64,000 nt of DNA from an uncultured delta proteobacterium (GTDB lineage Bacteria; Desulfobacterota; Desulfobacteria; Desulfobacterales; JAFDCJ01): positions 64,001 to 128,000 of the forward strand of contig CAVYNY010000010.1 in assembly GCA_963769935.1 (NCBI GenBank). Direction: 5' to 3'. Below are positions 9,267-18,339 of this stretch, in pieces. Position 1 is the stretch's first letter, and every line of letters begins with the position of its first letter. The position numbers and the translations under genes are program-made. The notes beneath the pieces are model-generated. The model was not told the origin of the DNA. It saw nothing but the letters and a program-made list of their open reading frames with translations, and did not search any database.

Positions 9267-10738
9267 CACGGCAATCCATTCATAAACGGTATTGAGGCCG
9301 TCCCAATCATGTCGAACATCAGGGAGGGAAAAAGTCCGAACAGCACCAGAACGGCCAGCAAGACCATGCGGGGAATCCCCAGCCCAAAGGAAATATCCGG
9401 CAGGTGGGCATATTTTTCTTTTGGCGGGCCGTAAAAGGTTCGCTGCACAACCCGCAGCATGAACAGGGCGCTGACCACCAGGGCACATACCGCCAGAGTG
9501 CCCCCGAGCGGATAAGTTTTAAAGGCCGCAATGAAAACCATCAGCTCCCCCCAGAAACTGGCCAGACAGGGAACGCCGATGCCGGCCAGGGCGGCAACGA
9601 TGAAGTAGCTTGAAGCCACCGGCATGATGCGGCTCAGGCCGCCGAGATCGGCAATCATTTTGGTGTGGGTTCGATCGTATATATATCCGACGGACGAAAA
9701 TAATAAAGCGGTCATAATGCCGTGGGCAAACATCTGAAACACCGCCCCGTTTAGGCCGTCCACCGATACGGTGGCCAGGCCGAGGCCGACTATTCCCATG
9801 TGGGAAACGCTGGAGTAGCCGATACAGAATTTAAGATCTGTCTGGCTCAACCCCACAAAAACGCCATAGACAATGCCGATGGTTGCCAGCACGGCCATAA
9901 GCGGCGCCCAATACTGCCATCCTTCCGGGCATAGAAAAATACCCACCCGCAGCACACCGAAAGCACCGATTTTCATAAGCACCCCCGCGTGAACCATGCT
10001 CACCGAAGTGGGCGCGGCCACATGCCCCACCGGCGACCAGGTATGAAACGGCCATACAGCCGCCAGGATGCCGAAGCCGATAAACAGAAAAATAAAGGCA
10101 AATTTCTGCTCAAAAGGGGTGAAGATTCCGGGGTGCATAAGAACCGTGACATCGAATGTGTTCAGTCCCGCTTTCACGTATAAATAAATAATCGCCGGTA
10201 AAATCAGTGCACTGCCTGCCAGCAGGTAAAGCGTCAGCTTCATGGCGCCATATTCTTTGCGGGTTGAACCCCAGACGGCGATAAGCAGATACATGGGAAA
10301 AAGCGAGACATCGTACCAGACGAAAATGAAAAACAGATCCAGGCTCATAAAAAGCCCGAAAACACCGAGCACCAGCAGAAAGTAAAGGGCATAGAATTCC
10401 TTGACCCGATAGTCCAGCTCCCACATGGTCAGTACGCCGGTGAAAAACACGATGCCGGTCAGAAGCAGCATGGGCAGGTTAAATCCGTCGGCGGCATTCA
10501 GGTAGGTAATGCCGATCGACTCTACCCAGCGGTATCTCTCGACGAACTGGAGTCCGGCCTGACTCTTGTCGTAGGCCACAAACAGATAGATGGACAGGAT
10601 CAAGGTAATGCCGGAGAAAAACGCACTTACCCATTTGATCTGAGCCTTGCGCTCCTCGGGTATAATGAGGATCACAAAAAGACCGATCACGCAGCTTAAC
10701 AGAATTGTTGTAAGGTACGGAAATCCGGCAAATTCCAT
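9266..10738 (-). CDS. nuoM: NADH-quinone oxidoreductase subunit M (non-canonical subtype)
   Basis: PFHTWSP.GH..APT..SM.HAGVLMK and YSSVSHMG; operon position. Confidence 0.95.
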   Translation of the reverse strand: MEFAGFPYLTTILLSCVIGLFVILIIPEERKAQIKWVSAFFSGITLILSIYLFVAYDKSQAGLQFVERYRWVESIGITYLNAADGFNLPMLLLTGIVFFTGVLTMWELDYRVKEFYALYFLLVLGVFGLFMSLDLFFIFVWYDVSLFPMYLLIAVWGSTRKEYGAMKLTLYLLAGSALILPAIIYLYVKAGLNTFDVTVLMHPGIFTPFEQKFAFIFLFIGFGILAAVWPFHTWSPVGHVAAPTSVSMVHAGVLMKIGAFGVLRVGIFLCPEGWQYWAPLMAVLATIGIVYGVFVGLSQTDLKFCIGYSSVSHMGIVGLGLATVSVDGLNGAVFQMFAHGIMTALLFSSVGYIYDRTHTKMIADLGGLSRIMPVASSYFIVAALAGIGVPCLASFWGELMVFIAAFKTYPLGGTLAVCALVVSALFMLRVVQRTFYGPPKEKYAHLPDISFGLGIPRMVLLAVLVLFGLFPSLMFDMIGTASIPFMNGLP

Positions 10739-10742
10739 AATT

Positions 10743-10777
10743 TAAAATGCCTAAAATGCCTAAAAGTGCCTAAAATT
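10743..10777. repeat. 9-mer tandem repeat (TAAAATGCC)n abutting the nuoM start
   Basis: taaaatgcc taaaatgcc taaaagtgcc taaaatt; near-identical to 19606-19642. Confidence 0.85.
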
Positions 10778-10923
10778 AATGTGTTCTATCCCTTTTTTAA
10801 AAACAGGGGGCTATGCTCTCTAATTTTGCTTTTCGCGCTATTTCTTCTTGCCCAGTCCTATCCTGACACCCGAAACCTTACATATTATAGCCGACATGTC
10901 GTCAGATAACCGACTCTAACAAC

Positions 10924-12813
10924 TTAGAAGAAGAAGTAAATTCCTAGCAGCACCATGACCGCAAAAATCGTCAGCAGCCGGTATTGCACCATCCCAAGGT
11001 GAAAAAATGAGACCAGCCTTCCGGATTCGACGGTTCCTTTGCTTAATCCCTCGATGCCGCCGTCAATTATTTTTTTATCGTTTTGGGTAGCCAGATTGGA
11101 AACCACACCGTAAATGAAGACATCCAGAAAGCGCCGGTAAAAATGATCGATATACCAGCGTTCGGCAAAAAGATTATTCAAGGGCGCAATTTTTTCGACA
11201 AACCCCACCCGATCGGCACTGCGACGTCCGAATTCCACCCACGCCAGGATCACGCCGAAGGCCGCGCAGCTTAACGCCACCCACGGCAACCAGGCATGAT
11301 GGGCGCCGGGCGCAGCCAGGGCCGACAGGCTTCCCTTAAAAAAGTCTGCCAACTTCTCCTCAAAAAATCCCAGCAGGACTGTTACCGCCGCCAGCGTCAC
11401 CAACGGCCAGGCCATCGGCCAATATCCACTGTGCTGGTGAGCCGGCGCTTGGCCGGCATCCGTCTCGGGTGCAGATTCCCCCGGGAAAAGGATAATAAAA
11501 ATCAGCCGGAACGCGTAATAGGCGGTTAAAAATGCGCCCAGCAGCCCGGCCGCCAGCCACACAGGATTTTTTAATTCGGCCAGGGCACCCAGAATCAGCT
11601 CCTTGCTGAAAAACCCGGACAGAGGCGGCAGCCCGGCCAATGCCGCGGCCGCAATGACAAGACTGACGGTCGGGATTTTCAAACGGCGTCCGCCCTGCCG
11701 GCTGATTTCAAAAACATCATTGCTTCCATAAGCGTGAATGAACACGCCGGAGCAAAGAAACAGCAGCGCCTTGAATCCGGCATGGGTGGTCAGATGAAAC
11801 ACCCCGGCAAAAAAGCTGCCGGCCGCCAGGCCCATGATCATAAAACCCAACTGACTGATGGTGGAATAAGCCCAGACCTGTTTGATATCCCGACTGACCA
11901 TGGCCATGGTCGAGGCCAGCAGCATACTGATCGTGCCGATGGCAAGAAAAATAGTCATGGCCGTCGCCGAGAGGCTGAAAAACGGAAACAGACGGGCAAA
12001 AAGAAAGACCCCGGCCGCCACCATCGTTGCCGAGTGCAGCAGGGCGCTGACCGGTGTCGGGCCCTCCATGGCATCCGGCAGCCAGGTCAACAGCGGAAAT
12101 TGGGCGCTCTTGCCGATGATGCCCCCGAAAATCAAAAGTGCGGCCGTCGTAATCCACGCCGCTGACATCTGAGAGCTCACCTGGGGGCTGTTCAGCACCA
12201 GAATATTTAAGTTGCCCAGATGAACCAGCACCAGCAGGATCCCCAGAAAAAACGCAATGTCCCCGAAACGGGTCATCACGAATGCTTTTTTGCCGGCAGC
12301 GGTGGCGCTGAATTTTTCGTACCAGAAACCGATGAGAAGATATGAGCAAAGACCCACCAGCTCCCAGAAAACATACAGCTGAAGCATGGTGGGGGACAGG
12401 GTCAGATTCAGCATGGCCCACGCGAAAAGGGACATGAACGCATAATACCGGGAAAATCCGGCATCTCCGGCCATATACCCAAGGGAATAGATCTGGACCA
12501 AGAAACTGATCGCGGCCACAATCACAAGCATGAGCAGACCGGTTTGATCGAACAGAAAACCAAATGGAATGGTGATATCGCCCGATACCAGCCAGCGGCC
12601 GACGTATTCGATCGGAGTCTGCAGGTGCCAGTGCCGGGCAAGCAAAAAGACGGCACTTGCCAGGGATATTGTAACTGCGGCAAGCGACAGACCGGCGGAA
12701 AGTCGCGGCGAGTTCCTGGTAAAAACCATAATCAGAAAAAAGGCCACAAACGGCAGCCCGGTAGCCAGTATGGCGGCCGTCAGTGCCGGATTCTGAATAT
12801 AAGTTGGATTCAT
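10924..12813 (-). CDS. nuoL: NADH-quinone oxidoreductase subunit L
   Basis: FWELVG, GKSAQFPL..WLPDAMEGPTPVSALLHSATMV, YSTISQLG. Confidence 0.95.
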   Translation of the reverse strand: MNPTYIQNPALTAAILATGLPFVAFFLIMVFTRNSPRLSAGLSLAAVTISLASAVFLLARHWHLQTPIEYVGRWLVSGDITIPFGFLFDQTGLLMLVIVAAISFLVQIYSLGYMAGDAGFSRYYAFMSLFAWAMLNLTLSPTMLQLYVFWELVGLCSYLLIGFWYEKFSATAAGKKAFVMTRFGDIAFFLGILLVLVHLGNLNILVLNSPQVSSQMSAAWITTAALLIFGGIIGKSAQFPLLTWLPDAMEGPTPVSALLHSATMVAAGVFLFARLFPFFSLSATAMTIFLAIGTISMLLASTMAMVSRDIKQVWAYSTISQLGFMIMGLAAGSFFAGVFHLTTHAGFKALLFLCSGVFIHAYGSNDVFEISRQGGRRLKIPTVSLVIAAAALAGLPPLSGFFSKELILGALAELKNPVWLAAGLLGAFLTAYYAFRLIFIILFPGESAPETDAGQAPAHQHSGYWPMAWPLVTLAAVTVLLGFFEEKLADFFKGSLSALAAPGAHHAWLPWVALSCAAFGVILAWVEFGRRSADRVGFVEKIAPLNNLFAERWYIDHFYRRFLDVFIYGVVSNLATQNDKKIIDGGIEGLSKGTVESGRLVSFFHLGMVQYRLLTIFAVMVLLGIYFFF

Positions 12814-12836
12814 CTTCGTACTCTAAAAGATTCGGA

Positions 12837-13139
12837 TTACTTCAATCGGTTGTAATCTGCCGGATCGACTGATCCGGTTTGTCGATAGGCCCACACGATC
12901 AGCGCCAATCCCACCGAGACTTCCGCCGCAGCGATGGCAAAGACAAACAGCACAATCGCCTGGCCATCCAGATTTTGCCAGAGCAAAGATGCGCCGACCA
13001 GCAATACTGCTGAGGCGTTGAGCATGATCTCTACCCCCAGCAGGATCATTATCAGGCTGCGGCGTAAGACCACACAGCTCACACCCATCAAAAAAAGCAG
13101 CCCGGCCAAAATGAGAACATGATTAAACGGGACTATCAT
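12837..13139 (-). CDS. nuoK: NADH-quinone oxidoreductase subunit K
   Basis: VEIMLNA and AAAEVSVGLA; ATG at 13139 overlaps the nuoJ stop. Confidence 0.95.
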   Translation of the reverse strand: MIVPFNHVLILAGLLFLMGVSCVVLRRSLIMILLGVEIMLNASAVLLVGASLLWQNLDGQAIVLFVFAIAAAEVSVGLALIVWAYRQTGSVDPADYNRLK

Positions 13140-13666
13140 AATTCGCCCTCGGGGGTTTGTCCGGCCGCAGGTCTTCGCGGCAGCCTCGCCAGCAGCAACG
13201 CACCAATGATCGCTACCAGCAGCAGCAGCGATACAATCTCTATCGAAAGCCAATGCTCCTCAAAAATGTACTGCCCCAACACTGCGGGTTCGGCCCGGGC
13301 TGTTTTCAATACAATATGACTGTTCGGATCGGCGGCGATGAGGCCGAGGCCGAGGCCGAGGTAGACAAGCCCGCAAACGATTGCCGGCAGCCACTGCTTC
13401 AATGGCAATAACTGCTGGCCGCTTTTCTCGACTCTGAGCATCATGACGATAAACAAGAACAAGACCATGATCGCCCCGGCATAAATAATGACCTCCAAAA
13501 CGGCCAGCAACGGGGCGCCCAACAGATAAAAAAGCATGGCGCTGCCGAAAAATGAAAAAATCAGGTAAATCACGGCATGCACCAGATCACGCCGGGTAAT
13601 GGCCAGGCCGGTGGTGACCAGAATCAATACTGCCAAAAGATAGAAGATGATTGAATAGATAGTCAT
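13136..13666 (-). CDS. nuoJ: NADH-quinone oxidoreductase subunit J
   Basis: VIIYAGAIMVLFLFIVMML and EIVSLLLLVAIIGA. Confidence 0.95.
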   Translation of the reverse strand: MTIYSIIFYLLAVLILVTTGLAITRRDLVHAVIYLIFSFFGSAMLFYLLGAPLLAVLEVIIYAGAIMVLFLFIVMMLRVEKSGQQLLPLKQWLPAIVCGLVYLGLGLGLIAADPNSHIVLKTARAEPAVLGQYIFEEHWLSIEIVSLLLLVAIIGALLLARLPRRPAAGQTPEGEL

Positions 13667-13685
13667 AATAATTAAATACTAAATA

Positions 13686-13788
13686 CGGTTAAGCCGGTTG
13701 GCCGGTGAGCCCGTTAGCCGGTTGGCCGAGTTGGCATTAGGATTGAACCCTTAACCGGCATAACTGGCCAACGGGCAAACGGGCCAAC
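13686..13788. repeat. Inverted pair of octamer arrays (CCGGTTGG / CCAACGGG) in the nuoI-nuoJ spacer
   Basis: 13686-13735 cggttaagccggttggccggtgagcccgttagccggttggccgagttggc and 13752-13788 taaccggcataactggccaacgggcaaacgggccaac. Confidence 0.85.
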
Positions 13789-13798
13789 AGTCTTTCTT

Positions 13799-14335
13799 CT
13801 AAGGCATATTGCTCTTGATATTAACCGGTTTGTCTTCTTTAATATGATCACCTTTGCCCCCGATGTCGGTTGCGATGCCGGCGTATTTATAAAAGCAATA
13901 CTGCTTATCTTTGCCCCCGTGGTCGACCAGCAAGTCCTCTTTTTCATAGACCAGTTTTAAGATGTCTTTCTCGCAGGTCTCAAAGTTGGGTGTCAGCTGA
14001 ATGGCTGAGGTCGGGCACGCTTCTTCACAGAGACCGCAGTAAATGCAGCGCGCAAAGTTGATGCGGAACCAGGGGGCATACCGGCGTCCGTTCTCTTTTT
14101 CAGCCGACTGCATGGATATGCAGCTGACCGGACAAACCGCCGAACACAGATAACAGGCCACGCAGCGTTCGCCACCGTCCGGATCCCGGGTCAGGATAAT
14201 CCGCGCCCGGGTGCGCGCCGGCAAGGGCCGCTTGTACTCCGGGTATTCTTCGGTAATGGGTTTGCGAAAAAGATGTTTGAATGTGGTCGCCAGACCGATT
14301 GCCAATGCTTTCAGTGCTTCAATTGCTTCCGCCAT
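13799..14335 (-). CDS. nuoI: NADH-quinone oxidoreductase subunit I
   Basis: Two 4Fe-4S motifs, CVACYLCSAVCP and CIYCGLCEEACP. Confidence 0.95.
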   Translation of the reverse strand: MAEAIEALKALAIGLATTFKHLFRKPITEEYPEYKRPLPARTRARIILTRDPDGGERCVACYLCSAVCPVSCISMQSAEKENGRRYAPWFRINFARCIYCGLCEEACPTSAIQLTPNFETCEKDILKLVYEKEDLLVDHGGKDKQYCFYKYAGIATDIGGKGDHIKEDKPVNIKSNMP

Positions 14336-14389
14336 GTTATTTCAGATTCCTGTTCGGTTCCATGCAAAATATAGAACCGCAATATCAAT

Positions 14390-14475
14390 TGCCGCTGGTC
14401 CGTTGGCAGTCGGTGTTCCGTCTCATACCGCCTTATACAACCGCAACAATGGACCATTGACAACGGACCAATGAC
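14390..14475. repeat. Inverted pair of heptamer arrays (TCCGTTG / CAACGGA-CAATGAC) in the nuoH-nuoI spacer
   Basis: tgccgctggtccgttggcagtcggtg ... caatggaccattgacaacggaccaatgac. Confidence 0.7.
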
Positions 14476-15459
14476 CTAGATCAACAGTATTGCTCCGGTT
14501 ACCATTATATTAATCAGAGCCGCCGGTATCAGCACCTTCCACCCCAACGCCATCAATTGGTCATAGCGTAGTCGCGGCAACGTGCCACGTATCCATATCA
14601 TGACCAGCGCCACCAGAATAATTTTAATAAACAGCCACAGCGTCGGCGGCAGAAAGGGGCCGCGCCAGCCGCCCAGGAAAAAAACGGCGGTCAACGCCCC
14701 CAGCACCTGCATATGCACATACTCGCCCAGGAAGAAAAGCCCGAAGCGCATGCCGCTGTATTCGGTATGGTAGCCCGCCCCCAGTTCGTTTTCTGCCTCC
14801 GGCAGATCAAAAGGAATGCGCTTGCTTTCGGCCATGGCGCTGAGGATAAAAATCACAAAGGATAGCGGCTGCACCAGGATGAATGGATAGTCGGCCTGGG
14901 CGTTGACGATGTCCACCAGGCTGAAGGAGCGCGCCAGCATCACGATCGGCACCAGCGAAAGACCCAGTGAAAGCTCATAGCTGATCATCTGGGCTGCACC
15001 GCGGATGCCGCCCAAAAGGCTGTATTTTGAATTGGAGGCCCAGCCGCCCAGAGCAACGCCGTAAACCCCCAGCGAAGACATCGCAAAAACAAACAGCAGT
15101 CCGACGTTAAGGTCGGAGACTACCAGCGGAATTTTCTTACCCCCGATCACCAAATTGTTGCCGAACGGCACAACCGCAAACATCAAAAGGGCGGTCATGG
15201 CCACCACTGCCGGTGCCAATAAAAATATCATGCGGTCGGCCGCCGCAGGCACGATATCTTCCTTGAGCATCATTTTAATGCTGTCGGCAACCGGCTGCAG
15301 CAACCCGAATTTGCCGGCCCGGTTGGGACCGTAACGAATCTGCAGCCGCGCCAAAAATTTGCGTTCAACGAGCACCAGATAGGCTGCCACCAGGAGCAGC
15401 ACTATCAGAACAAGGCCCAGTTTGATGATCAAAAATACAAAACCGATAAGCCAGTCCAT
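14476..15459 (-). CDS. nuoH: NADH-quinone oxidoreductase subunit H
   Basis: ERK...R.GPNR.G..GLLQP.AD..K, R.AAQMISYE, PFDLPEAE.EL, PRLRYDQ. Confidence 0.95.
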   Translation of the reverse strand: MDWLIGFVFLIIKLGLVLIVLLLVAAYLVLVERKFLARLQIRYGPNRAGKFGLLQPVADSIKMMLKEDIVPAAADRMIFLLAPAVVAMTALLMFAVVPFGNNLVIGGKKIPLVVSDLNVGLLFVFAMSSLGVYGVALGGWASNSKYSLLGGIRGAAQMISYELSLGLSLVPIVMLARSFSLVDIVNAQADYPFILVQPLSFVIFILSAMAESKRIPFDLPEAENELGAGYHTEYSGMRFGLFFLGEYVHMQVLGALTAVFFLGGWRGPFLPPTLWLFIKIILVALVMIWIRGTLPRLRYDQLMALGWKVLIPAALINIMVTGAILLI

Positions 15460-15462
15460 AAT

Positions 15463-15492
15463 CAGATGTCAGTTGTCCGTTGTTTGTTGTCC
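15463..15492. repeat. Heptamer array (CAGTTGT/CCGTTGT) abutting the nuoH start
   Basis: cagatgt cagttgt ccgttgt ttgttgt cc. Confidence 0.75.
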
Positions 15493-15568
15493 GGTGGGCG
15501 GTGCCCACCCTACATCATTAATTTTCCATATAACGAATCTATGCGTCGTAGGGTGGGCACCGCCCACC
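15493..15568. repeat. GTAG-family REP doublet (REPIN-like)
   Basis: Perfect 21-bp inverted repeat GGTGGGCGGTGCCCACCCTAC (15493-15513) / GTAGGGTGGGCACCGCCCACC (15548-15568) with a 34-bp spacer; each unit is an imperfect palindrome with a GTAG foot. Confidence 0.85.
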
Positions 15569-15576
15569 TTCACAAA

Positions 15577-18087
15577 TTAGGTCCCTACCTTTTTAATTTT
15601 TTCCCGGCTGATGCTTGACATCCCGGTTTCAAAAATTTGCCAGGACAGCTTCCGGTGCCGAGGAACAACCAGCACGCCGGTAGCCATGTTTTCAACGACT
15701 TTCAGCTTTGCTTCAAGACTACCGTTTCCCGTATGTATGGCAACCGTATCGCCGTCAATCAGGCCCAAACTTGCGGCCGCGCTGGTGTGCATCATAACGG
15801 CCGGTTCCGGTTCCAGTTCCGCCAAACATTGAGAGTGGGCGGAAAGCAATTCAGAGCCGAACGTCAGATCGGTAAAAATTATCTTTAGATTTCCAATGCT
15901 TCCCCGGTCCTCAGCGGGCCGGCGGGACAAATCGGTCATAAACCGCAAATCGGTTTTCGCACCAAGATTAATTCGGATGCCTTCCTCCGGGATATCAGCG
16001 GTTAAATTAACCTCGGCCAGCTGCGTAACAATATCAGCCGGCCACGGGATAGAAGCTGCCGGAAGCATTTTATTTTCCGGCTTTATTTTTTCTTCAGCCA
16101 GTTCCGCCAGAGTCTGCCAAGCAGGCTTTGATTCTGCGCCGGGAGTCCCGGTTCCGTAAGTTCTGGGTGGATGGTCTCCTCCGCCGCTTTGGACGATCGG
16201 AACACCGCCGCTGCAGGCCTGCCGCACCGACTGGGCCCGTCCTTCCTGGTTGACGAATATCCCGTCGGTCTCATAGAGGGTGGTTGTAGGAATAAAAATA
16301 TGCATCTTTTGCAAAGCATCGAATTCGAGGTAGTCCAATACAATCAACAAATCAAGCGCATTCAAGGCCTGCTCTAATCGTCGGCGGTTCGGAAAATAGA
16401 AAAGAGGATCGGATTCTACCAGAATGAGCGATTTGACTTCTCCCTTTTCAATGGCTTCGATGATGTTCAGCAAGGATGCTTGGTCATCGGAGAGAAGCCC
16501 GCCTCCCAAGGCATTGGCGCCCGGCAGCAAGTAAAACAGACCGGCGCTTTTGTCGGCGGCCCGTAAAAACAGGGCCAGATCCGCTGCAACTTCAAGTCCC
16601 TGAGCGGGCAGGATGTCGGTGCCGCATACGATCACCGGCCGCTGACTGTGTTTGAGGCTTTCGGTGGCCGAGGTTATAAAATCCTCCGGGTATCCGGCCA
16701 TCAGATTCCGGTCCGGCAGCGCCCCAAAGAATTTTATCGCATTTTCCCCATAGGAGGCTGCTGGGTCGGGATCCACTGCGGCTTTGATAAATAATCCGAC
16801 CAAACCGCTCAGATCTTCCACGGCAGCCGGCAAATGCTTAAAATCCAGCGGAAGAGAAATGGGCCGGGGATCCATCACAAAAATTTTGGCACCGCTTCTT
16901 TGAGCCTGGCGCATGGCCAACGCCAGCATGGGCGCTTCGTTAATCGGATCCGCCCCGACGCAGAGGATAAAATCCGCTTTTTCCACCTCCCGCAATGACA
17001 CAACCAGTTCGGGCTCCAATCTGGCGATGACGGTTTTTACCTTCGAGGTTGTGGCCGGATCCATAAAATAGGCGGGACTTCGCCAGCCCATTGATTGACA
17101 GAGAAGCCTGAGCATGGCCTGGGTTTCCAGACTGCTGCGGGCGGAGCCGACGGCAGCGATTGCTGATGGCCCAGCGTCGCGGCTGGCCTTGCCCAGTTCG
17201 GCGATCGCAGCCTGCACTGCCTGGTCGTGAGAAGCCGTTTCGCCGCTGATTAATGCCCGGCGCGGTCTGGAGTCGAGGCTGGCGTAGAAAAATCCGTAGC
17301 GCCCCCGATCACAGATAAAATAACCGTTGACGTTTTCGCTGTAGCGGGCTTCCTGCCGCTTGACCTCCCGATACCGGATGTTGGCGATGGTGTGGCATCC
17401 CAGGCAGCAGTTGATACAAATGGAGGGGCTTCGCTGGTAATCCCAGCGCCGGCCGAAATAGCGGGACGGTTTATCCGTATATACGCCGGTGGGGCAGATA
17501 TCGCTCAAGTTGCCGCTGAAGGGGCTTTGCAGCACGCCGTCCTGGAAGCGTCCAAAATAGGTGCGGTTGGCAAGGCGCATCACACCCAGATCGTAAAACC
17601 CGCTGAATTCCTGATAGTAGCGGCTGCAGCGGTAGCAGTGAATGCAGCGATTCATCTCGTGCTGAATCAGGGGGCCCAGGTATTGATCCGTGTAGGTGCG
17701 CTTTTTGCCCGGAAATCTTCGGATCCCGTGACCGCCGGAGACCGTCATATCCTGCAGCAGGCAGTGGCCGCCCTCATCGCAAACCGGGCAATCATGGGGA
17801 TGGTTGACCATCAGCCATTCAATGACATGTTTGCGAAAGTCCACCACCTCTTCGTCCGTAGTGGACACCACCATGCCGTCCCGGGCCGCCACCATACAGC
17901 TCATCTGGATGCCTTTTACCGGCCCGTCGATAAATTTAACGGCACAAACCCGGCAAGCGCCCACCGATCCCAAGGCGGGATGATAACAAAACCGCGGAAT
18001 CATGATCCCCAGCCGGGCGGCGGCCTCGATCACCATAGTTCCGGGTGCAACTTCTATTTCTTGATCATCGATGACAAGTTTGGGCAT
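15577..18087 (-). CDS. nuoG: NADH-quinone oxidoreductase subunit G (long form with N7 cluster)
   Basis: FCYH..L..VGACRVC, HPHDCPVCD.GG.C, CIHCYRC, and CINCCLGC-x27-C (N7). Confidence 0.95.
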   Translation of the reverse strand: MPKLVIDDQEIEVAPGTMVIEAAARLGIMIPRFCYHPALGSVGACRVCAVKFIDGPVKGIQMSCMVAARDGMVVSTTDEEVVDFRKHVIEWLMVNHPHDCPVCDEGGHCLLQDMTVSGGHGIRRFPGKKRTYTDQYLGPLIQHEMNRCIHCYRCSRYYQEFSGFYDLGVMRLANRTYFGRFQDGVLQSPFSGNLSDICPTGVYTDKPSRYFGRRWDYQRSPSICINCCLGCHTIANIRYREVKRQEARYSENVNGYFICDRGRYGFFYASLDSRPRRALISGETASHDQAVQAAIAELGKASRDAGPSAIAAVGSARSSLETQAMLRLLCQSMGWRSPAYFMDPATTSKVKTVIARLEPELVVSLREVEKADFILCVGADPINEAPMLALAMRQAQRSGAKIFVMDPRPISLPLDFKHLPAAVEDLSGLVGLFIKAAVDPDPAASYGENAIKFFGALPDRNLMAGYPEDFITSATESLKHSQRPVIVCGTDILPAQGLEVAADLALFLRAADKSAGLFYLLPGANALGGGLLSDDQASLLNIIEAIEKGEVKSLILVESDPLFYFPNRRRLEQALNALDLLIVLDYLEFDALQKMHIFIPTTTLYETDGIFVNQEGRAQSVRQACSGGVPIVQSGGGDHPPRTYGTGTPGAESKPAWQTLAELAEEKIKPENKMLPAASIPWPADIVTQLAEVNLTADIPEEGIRINLGAKTDLRFMTDLSRRPAEDRGSIGNLKIIFTDLTFGSELLSAHSQCLAELEPEPAVMMHTSAAASLGLIDGDTVAIHTGNGSLEAKLKVVENMATGVLVVPRHRKLSWQIFETGMSSISREKIKKVGT

Positions 18088-18167
18088 GGGGTTGTCCGAA
18101 AATCATTCTTCAGATGGTCACTCCATCATTTAACCGGTGGCCTTTTTAGTTAGGCTTTTGGCCGTAA

Positions 18168-18274
18168 TAATGGAGTGGTGGAGTACTGGAGTAATGGAAA
18201 AATCCCCAAAAGGATCTAAGGAATATAATTCCGCTAATATCCAATTCTCCAATACTCCATTACTCCAACACTCC
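18168..18274. repeat. Inverted pair of octamer arrays (GGAGTAAT / ATTACTCC) in the nuoF-nuoG spacer
   Basis: 18168-18198 taatggagtggtggagtactggagtaatgga and 18240-18274 tccaattctccaatactccattactccaacactcc. Confidence 0.9.
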
Positions 18275-18339
18275 GTCAATCAATTAAAACACATAAACTT
18301 CATCAAACAAAAAATCTCAATTTTTTAAGATAGCCCAAT

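Noticed and set aside
9267..9488. N-terminal extension of NuoN given by the ORF track
   Set aside because: It overlaps nuoM; the TGATG-coupled start at 9266 fits better. Over-long track starts for nuoK, nuoA, mpg, pilQ, pcm, lpxC and DUF4390 were trimmed in the same way.
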